NCBI GenBank assembly: GCA_951406725.2
Contig: OX597828.1
Location: 45,074,001-45,138,000 of the forward strand
Direction of reading: 5' to 3'
DNA length: 64,000 bases
From: Octopus vulgaris
Taxonomy: Eukaryota
Positions 56,245 to 64,000 of the stretch are shown in pieces (position 1 is the stretch's first letter; each line of letters opens with the position of its first letter). The notes beneath the pieces were generated by a model. It was not told the DNA's origin, ran no database searches, and saw only the letters and a program-made list of their open reading frames with translations. The translations under genes and the position numbers were made by a program.

Positions 56245-56328
56245 GGGCATGTGGCGTAGTGGTTAAAAGCGCTGGCTACTAACCCCAAGATTCCAAGTTC
56301 GATTCCAAGCAGTGACCTGAACAATAAC

Positions 56329-56362
<34 letters not shown>

Positions 56363-56529
56363 CCGAAAAATACCTTAGGAATGAAAAACCAGATTTGAAA
56401 TTTCCCCAAGACACCCGAAGAAGGCTGGAGGGTATATCAGTCGAAACGTGTTGACAACAAACAAGATGAGGACAAATATCCGTCGAATGTAAATAATGTA
56501 CATAAATCTTCATCTCTTAAATATAGAAC
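56245..56529 (+). mobile_element. H1 element, most complete copy
   Basis: Head gggcatgtggcgtagtggttaaaagcgctggctactaaccccaagattccaagttcgattccaagc with A and B boxes, then (AAT)n. 56410-56451 reads gacac-CCGAAGA-a-ggctg..cagtc-GAAA-cgtgtt. Confidence 0.8.
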
Positions 56530-56597
56530 CATATTATTCTATTTCTGCTTTTCGAGTACTATTTTTTCCACCTTGCTTCAATTTATGTGCCTACTCT

Positions 56598-56632
<35 letters not shown>

Positions 56633-56640
56633 CCATGTTA

Positions 56641-56818
56641 GTTTGTTAGCCACTACACACATTTTTTCTCTCCTTGTTTTTTTCTGTGTCCCTTTCTGTA
56701 GAAGAGCGTAGGCTCGAAACCTAAAAGACTTTTTCTATTCCTGAGCATTATACTAATACATCCATTTGTTTTGTACACCACCTGTCTTTGTCTTTTGTTT
56801 TTTTTCGTAAACTCTCCC

Positions 56819-56820
<2 letters not shown>
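56641..56820 (+). mobile_element. H2 short repeat with variant hammerhead-like motif
   Basis: cttt-CTGTAGA-a-gagc(gtag)gctc-GAAA-cc-TA-aaag at about 56692-56728; it ends in (TA)n. Confidence 0.6.
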
Positions 56821-56849
<29 letters not shown>

Positions 56850-56877
56850 TTGTATGTATGTATGTATATTTATGCAA

Positions 56878-56914
<37 letters not shown>

Positions 56915-57309
56915 CATACATACATATACATACACACACACACAGAGGCACATGCGTGCACATGCACACACACACACGCACGTATATATATCCATGTGTG
57001 GTCAGAATCAGGGATATCAACAGGCTTGATCTCAGAAGAAAATAGAGAAGAGATGGTTTAAGATAAATATGGACACCCTTTGAGAGTTTATGGTATCAAT
57101 CAAACAGCAGCTGCTAAACCATGGCAGCAAAATAAATACATCAACTGAGTGCACCAGGTGGTAGGGAACTTTTGAAGAATTACCCACGTTTTGACAGTCT
57201 TCCATTTGAACGTAGAATTAGAAAAAGAAATGTATGCCAACAAAGACTGGGAAAAGAAGCACACCATAAAAATGCTTATAAATGAGTGTGTTTTCCTTAA
57301 ATTTGAGGA

Positions 57310-57735
57310 TAATAATAATAATGAAATTATTGTATACAGTGCTCAGGTGCACCACAACTTGTCAGAAAGTGCGTATAAAGTATATGCAGCAATGTACAAA
57401 TGCCTGGAAAGCGAACAATGGATGAGTCAGATACATACTTGTGTGTGTATAGAGGGAGAAAATCAGGTGTAGTGTTGGCGAATCTCAGGAAGCATGGAAG
57501 TTTTGAAGGATGCAGTGCTCCGACAACTAACAACTGATGCCAGCAGTTTGTTCCATGCTTCAGCAACTCTCAGCATGAAGAAATGTTTCCTGAAGTCATG
57601 GGAACTGTGCTGTTTTCTTACTTTGTAAATATGTCCAAGGGTGTTAGATGGGTGGGGTTTGAAAAGGTGGTCAGAGTTATTGTTTGTAAGATGGTTGATA
57701 ATTTTATGGGTGTCTGCCAAGTCAGCTGCCAGACG
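57310..57735 (-). mobile_element. CR1-group LINE 3' end
   Basis: ORF 57463-57720 reads DTHKIINHL...GHIYKVRKQHSSHDFRKHFFMLRVAEAWNKL; same family as 4181-4518. Confidence 0.85.
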
Positions 57736-57744
57736 TCGGATGAT

Positions 57745-57950
57745 AGTACTGATATGAAGTGTAACATCTCCATAAAGAAGTGGTGGTCTCTCAGAGTGGA
57801 TGGAACTTGTGGAAAAGGGAGAACCAGGAAGTCATAGAGAAAGATACTGAAGGAAGGCCTTAGGATGCTGAACCTTTCAATACAGATGAGACGACTAAGG
57901 ATTGAGTTACCTGGTGCCTTGCTATACTCAAGAAAACTCTTCCTTCACAA
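57745..57950 (+). pseudogene. RTE-like ORF C-terminal remnant
   Basis: IKKWWSLRVDGTCGKGRTRKS*..ILK.GLRML resembles the RTE G.R.RGRP.K.W motif. A possible upstream piece GLR*.YGHPLR lies at about 57050-57085. Confidence 0.5.
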
Positions 57951-58006
57951 CAGAAGTGTTAATGCCACTTGTCCTGATGAAGATAACAGATCTGCAAGAG
58001 TCCTGT

Positions 58007-58415
58007 GTTGGTGCCACATAAAATTGCTTATGCTGGTGCCACATAAAATTGCTTATGCTGGTGCCACATAAAATTGCTTATGCTGGTGCCACATAAAATT
58101 GCTTATGCTGGTGCCACATAAAATTGCTTATGCTGGTGCCACATAAAATTGCTTATGCTGGTGCCACATAAAATTGCTTATGCTGGTGCCACATAAAATT
58201 GCTTATGCTGGTGCCACATAAAATTGCTTATGCTGGTGATACCACATAAATCACATAGCTGGTGCCACATAAAATTGCTTATGCTGCATAAAATTCTTAA
58301 TAACAGTGCCACATAAAATTGCTTATGCTGGTGCCACATAAAATTGCTTATGCTGGTGCCACATAAAATTGCTTATGCTGGTGCCACATAAAATTGCTTA
58401 TGCTGGTGCCACATT
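58007..58415. repeat. 25-bp minisatellite (gctggtgccacataaaattgcttat), about 16 units
   Basis: Directly visible. It runs into a family-C body at 58420-58600. Confidence 0.95.
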
Positions 58416-58998
58416 AAAAGCGCTCAGAACACACTGTCAAGTGGTTGGTGTTAGTAAGGGCATCCAGGTGTAGAAACCAAGCTGAATCAGATTGGAACCT
58501 GGTGTGGCACCCCAGATTGCCAGCTCTGGTTAAATTTTCCAACCCATGCCAGCATAGAAAACAGACATTAAAAATGACCATGACAATGATGACGACGATA
58601 ATAATATAACTTCTCCTAGACTGGTGTCTGTTACATCACATCTCAAAGGTTATGATTTTGTAATCCAAGAGAAGGGAAAGGCCACGAAATACACAATGAA
58701 TGGAAAACGTAGTGAAGCCCCTAAATTTCCCAAGATGCAATTGAAAATGTTGATTATCTCACACTTCTGTGGAAGACATAACCAATGTAATCACAACACT
58801 TGAAATATCCTCAAGCTATATACTGTATGGCACCTTGGGCAAGTCTCTTCTATTATAGTCACAGTTTGACTAAGGCCTTGTGAGTGGATTTGGTAGACAG
58901 CAACTGAAAGAAGCTTGTCATATATATATATATATGTTTATATATATATACACATATATATATATATGTACATATATATACACACATATATATATGTG

Positions 58999-59048
<50 letters not shown>

Positions 59049-59109
59049 CACATATATATATGTGTGTATATATATGTACATATATATATGTGTGTATATA
59101 TATATAAAC

Positions 59110-59141
<32 letters not shown>

Positions 59142-59843
59142 GTATATATATGTATATATATATATATTTATATATAAATACTAATATTTCTAAGTCTCTC
59201 CAAAGGAGACTACAACAGCATGGCCACAGTCAAATGACTGAAACAAGTAAAAGACTAAAAGAGAGTAAAGCTTATATGCCAAAAATTATTCGTTAGTTTG
59301 GTATTGACAATTTGGAAAAGGGAGAATTTACAGGCTAAAACAGTTATAACTGAACATGTATCTTACAATTACACTCTGTAAGTGGAAATGTATAAATGTG
59401 TAAGACGTTTCTAAAGATCGTTAGGCAATGATTGTAGCTGTTCTGATTATCCGAATTCCTGTGATAGAACTTTGTTTTGTTATTAGAAAATGGTTCCTTC
59501 TTATTAACAATGAAATAAGGTAAACAAGATAAAGGAATGTACACGTACGCATGTATTCATATGTATGTATACATAGATGTATGCATACATACGTATGTGT
59601 TTGAGTGTGTGCATGTGTGCGTGTGTGCATGCATGTATGTGTAAGTATCCTGTACATGTGTCTCTCTATATATATATGTATTCATATATATGTATATACA
59701 TGTATGTTTATGTATTTATATGCGTGTGTATGTGTATATATATATATAAATATATAAATACACACATATATTTAAATTATATTTGTGTATATATATATAT
59801 AAGTATGTATACACACACATATATTTAAATTATATAAGTGTTT

Positions 59844-59886
<43 letters not shown>

Positions 59887-59964
59887 GTAGTCCAACCCAT
59901 GCTAGCATGGAAAACAGACGTTAAACGATGATGATGATGATATATATATATATATATATATATC

Positions 59965-60249
59965 ACTGTGATCAGCATGACCGACCAGGCTATCAGATGT
60001 TCCTACACATCGCTGGTCACAATGCACTTTGCATTGTTTTAGCCTTCAAATGATGCCATCCTGCTGACCAACAGTGAAAGAAAGTTGTGGTGAAAGAGTC
60101 CAGCAGGGGTCACCACCACCCCCTGCCGGAGCCTCATAGTGCTTTAGGTGTTTTCGCTCAATAAATACTCACAACGCCCGGTCTGGGAATCGAAACCGCC
60201 ATCCTACAACTACGAGTCCACTGCCCTAACCCCTGGGCCATTGTGCCTC

Positions 60250-60252
<3 letters not shown>
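59965..60252 (-). mobile_element. Family-E SINE with alternative 3' tail
   Basis: Head and central domain match 7968-8272; the tail is unrelated. Confidence 0.75.
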
Positions 60253-60297
<45 letters not shown>

Positions 60298-60554
60298 CAT
60301 ATATGTATATATATATATATATCATCGTCATCATCATCGTTTAACATCTGTTTTCCATGCTATCATGAGTTGGACGGTTTTGACTGAAGGGGGCAACCAG
60401 ATGGCTGCACCAGCTCCAGTCTTGATCTGGCAGAGTTTCTACAGCTGGATGCCCTTCCTAACGCCAACTACTCCGAGAGTGTGTGTGTATATATATATAT
60501 ATAAAATATGAATTAGAGATAAAATCTGTAAGTTTGGAGCCATATTCCCTAAGG

Positions 60555-60612
<58 letters not shown>

Positions 60613-61334
60613 ATATTTCGGAATAGTCATATTGCCAGTTTAGCCAATTTAAACATATATATATATATATATATATATATACTGGAGTGAATATATTTGT
60701 GACTGAGAAGTGTGTGTGTGTGTGTGTGCCAGACTTGATATATATAAGTCCACAAAATGGCTGGGATTAGAAATGTTTGTTATAGAAAATTGACTGATCG
60801 AAGTTGATTAGATAACAGATTGTTTGACATCTGAAGGAAAATTAGAAAATTGAATGATTGGAAAATGATGCAAGGAAAAAAACACACCAAGGAAATGAAT
60901 TTCATATTGCAAAGAAGAGAAGTAGCATAATTGCGCTTTTAGAAAACATATATAATACACACACACACACACACACACATCATCGTCATCATCTTCATCA
61001 TCATCATCATCATTTAATATGCATATACATGCACATATATATATTTACATTTATATATATATACACACACATATATATATATATGTATGTATGTATGTGT
61101 TAGTGTGTGTGTATATGTTTGTGTGTATAAAACCATATAAAGCCCTAAAATTAGAATAATTGTTTCATCACTCAAACATAGTAAACTAATCAGAAAAAAA
61201 AACGCTCAGTTTATTATTTTTTTTTATATATATATATATAAAAATATATAGATATATATATACGTATATATGTACAAAAGAACTAATGAAGTTACTATAT
61301 ATGTAAACCTGAGCAGACACATAGACACACACAT

Positions 61335-61380
<46 letters not shown>

Positions 61381-61929
61381 ATGTATATATATATATATGC
61401 ATGTATATATATATATATATATATATACACATACATATATTCATACATATATATAAATACATACATATATATATATGTGTGTGTGTGCATCTATTTGTCT
61501 GTGTCTTTGTGTATATCTGTGTGTATATGTATATATATATATATATATATATTCACACACACACACACACATAAGTTGCATAAATAGAAGCAATAGTCTT
61601 GGAGCTACTATTGCAAATGTCTGTTGACAATGAAAGATACATGGAAGTATAATAAATAACATAGAGCTAAGAACAAAAACCTTGGTGGACTCCTGGTTGA
61701 TGTATACCCAAAAGAGGGACCAGCTATTGAGGTGGATAATTCATCACCATCATCATCATCATCACCATCATCCTCGTCGTCGTTGTCATTTAGGGTCTGC
61801 TTTCGATGGTTTGACCGGAAGTGGCAAGATGAAAAGCTGTACCAAGTTCCAGTCTGATTCGGCATGGTTTCTATGGCTGGATGCCCTGGCGAAAAGGAAG
61901 ACAGTGAAAGGCAGACTGCATATCTGATG

Positions 61930-62103
61930 CAGGTGATGAGAACTGTGCTTCCTAACCATGAGGTCTTGGGTTCAGTCCCACTGTGCAGCACCTTGGGCAA
62001 GTGTCTTCTTCTCTAACTCCAAAGCCAACCAAAGCCTTCTGGGCAGATTTGGTACATGGAAACTGTAAGATGCCCATCATTGTGTGCATGTATGTGAGTG
62101 TGT

Positions 62104-62159
<56 letters not shown>

Positions 62160-62765
62160 TGTGGTGTGTGAGTGTGTGTGTGTGTGTGTGTGTTTGTGTC
62201 TGTGATTGTCCACCACCATTGCTTGACAACAGATGTTGGTAAATTTATGTCCCCATAACTTAGTGCTTCGGCAAGAGAGACTGATAAAAGAAGCACCAGC
62301 ATGGCCACAGTCTTATGACTGAAGGAAGCGCAAAACAGAAGGGAAAAGATAAAAGATATGTACATGAGTGTATGTGTGTGTGTGTGTGTGTGTGGATGTA
62401 AGTGTGTGTGTGCATGTGTGCATTTATGTGTGTGTGCAAGCCTGTGTGCATGTGTTCATGTTCATGCGTGTGTCAGTGCATGTGTGCATGTGTATGTGTG
62501 CATGCACGCATGTATGTGTGTGTGTCCACTACCACTGCTTCATAACAGGTGTTGGTGTGTTTATGTCCCCCATAACTTAGCAGCTCAGCAATAGTGTCCA
62601 ATAGAATAAGTGCCAGACTTAACAAAAAAAAAAAAGGAAAAAGAAAAGAAAAGAGTACAAGGGTCAAGGGTCAATTCATGATTCATTTGACTATAAAGAA
62701 AATTCTTTGAGGCAGTGCCCCAGCATGGCCGCTGTATAATGACTGAAACAAGTAAAAGATAAAAA
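61930..62765 (+). mobile_element. Degenerate family-A copies
   Basis: Recognisable A halves at 61930-62345 and 62520-62765. Confidence 0.7.
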
Positions 62766-63029
62766 GATAGAAGCTGGCTGCAAATACAGGAAACAGTATT
62801 CAGATGAGCATTGACAGACATATAGGTGGATGGGCTGAGGGTGGTTATTCAAATGAAATACGTCAACGATATACATTATGATAAAGAGCAAAGATAGAGT
62901 TTCTTCCAGAAATAACGGACATCAACAACTAAAAATAATCTAAACAATAACAAAAAATAAAAATAAAACAAACATGCCAGAATAAACAGTCTCCACTAGA
63001 GAAAAAAATAAGAGAATAAAGGAATAAAT

Positions 63030-63100
63030 AAATAATAATAATGATCATAATAATAACAATAATGATGATAATAATAGTAATAATAATAAAAATAGTCATA

Positions 63101-63142
<42 letters not shown>

Positions 63143-63312
63143 GTAATAATAATAAATAAAGGTAAGAGCAATGCCATGCCATATATAGTGAAAAGCAAAA
63201 CTAGATAATGCATTCTTGCATTCTTCATTGAAAAGAACAAGACAGGACAATTGTGGATGAATGAACCACTAAAATGCCTTCAAGACAAATAATATCGATA
63301 AGGATGATAATG

Positions 63313-63370
<58 letters not shown>

Positions 63371-63385
63371 TGATGATGATGATAA

Positions 63386-63418
<33 letters not shown>

Positions 63419-63425
63419 AATAATG

Positions 63426-63492
<67 letters not shown>

Positions 63493-63740
63493 TAATAATA
63501 ATAAAAATGATGATAACGATAATAATCCTTTCCATTATAGGCACAAGGCCTGAAATTTTGGAGGAGGGGAACTAGTCGATTACATCAACCCCAGAATTTC
63601 ACTGGTACTAAATTTACTGACCCCAGAAGGATGAAAGGCAAAGTCAATCTCGGCGGAATTTGAACTCAGAACATAGCGACAGGCAAAATACCTCTAACCA
63701 TTTCACCCAATGTGCTAATGACTATATAGGTTCATCGCCT

Positions 63741-63778
<38 letters not shown>

Positions 63779-63780
63779 GA
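63030..63780. repeat. (AAT)n-rich tracts with a family-B1 SINE (63520-63742, minus)
   Basis: Tracts are directly visible; B central domain ggatgaaaggcaaagtc...ggaatttgaactcag. Confidence 0.85.
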
Positions 63781-64000
63781 TATTATTGATAACAATTAGT
63801 CATAATTAAACTATAATGATAGCAAATTTTGTGGGAAGGCAGTTAGTTGATTACAGAAAAGGTGTAAAATATTTTACAGTAAAGGTGTAAAATAAATGAA
63901 TAAATAAATAAGTATAGTATTGATTATAGCAAAAACGCTAAGAATACTAATATACTAAATACAATGAAGCCATCATCATCATCATCATCATCATCATCAT

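Noticed and set aside
56245-56320. Possible tRNA gene (also heads at 5591, 8200-8272, 46793)
   Set aside because: Acceptor and T stems do not pair properly, and each head continues into a repeat body, so these are SINE heads.
58007-58415. CRISPR-like appearance of the 25-bp array
   Set aside because: Units are contiguous with no unique spacers, there are no cas genes, and the context is eukaryotic.

Overview
AT-rich, microsatellite-saturated eukaryotic DNA with no recognisable host protein-coding gene, rRNA, intact tRNA or CRISPR array. Nearly all ORFs in the supplied track are translations of simple repeats or SINEs. The repeat complement looks like an octopus (coleoid cephalopod) intron or intergenic region; this is an inference from recognised repeat style, not a database match. 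The window holds about 30 copies of one tRNA-derived SINE (here family A) and several other SINE families (B-F). It also holds decayed LINE fragments (RTE, CR1-like, R4/Dong-like), two mariner relics, a Tigger/pogo relic, a GG...CC MITE with an 8-bp TSD, and Helitron pieces. The most interesting signal is a set of Penelope-like element (PLE) derivatives: a GIY-YIG endonuclease relic with an inverted terminal copy, about a dozen hammerhead-ribozyme or hammerhead-like motifs in several distinct sequence families, and five loci sharing a head-to-head fold-back geometry. One family joins a tRNA-derived Pol III head to a hammerhead-bearing PLE-type tail, making it a candidate Penelope-mobilised, ribozyme-carrying SINE. 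Family letters are my own labels. Boundaries of degenerate copies are approximate (about +/-10-20 bp).
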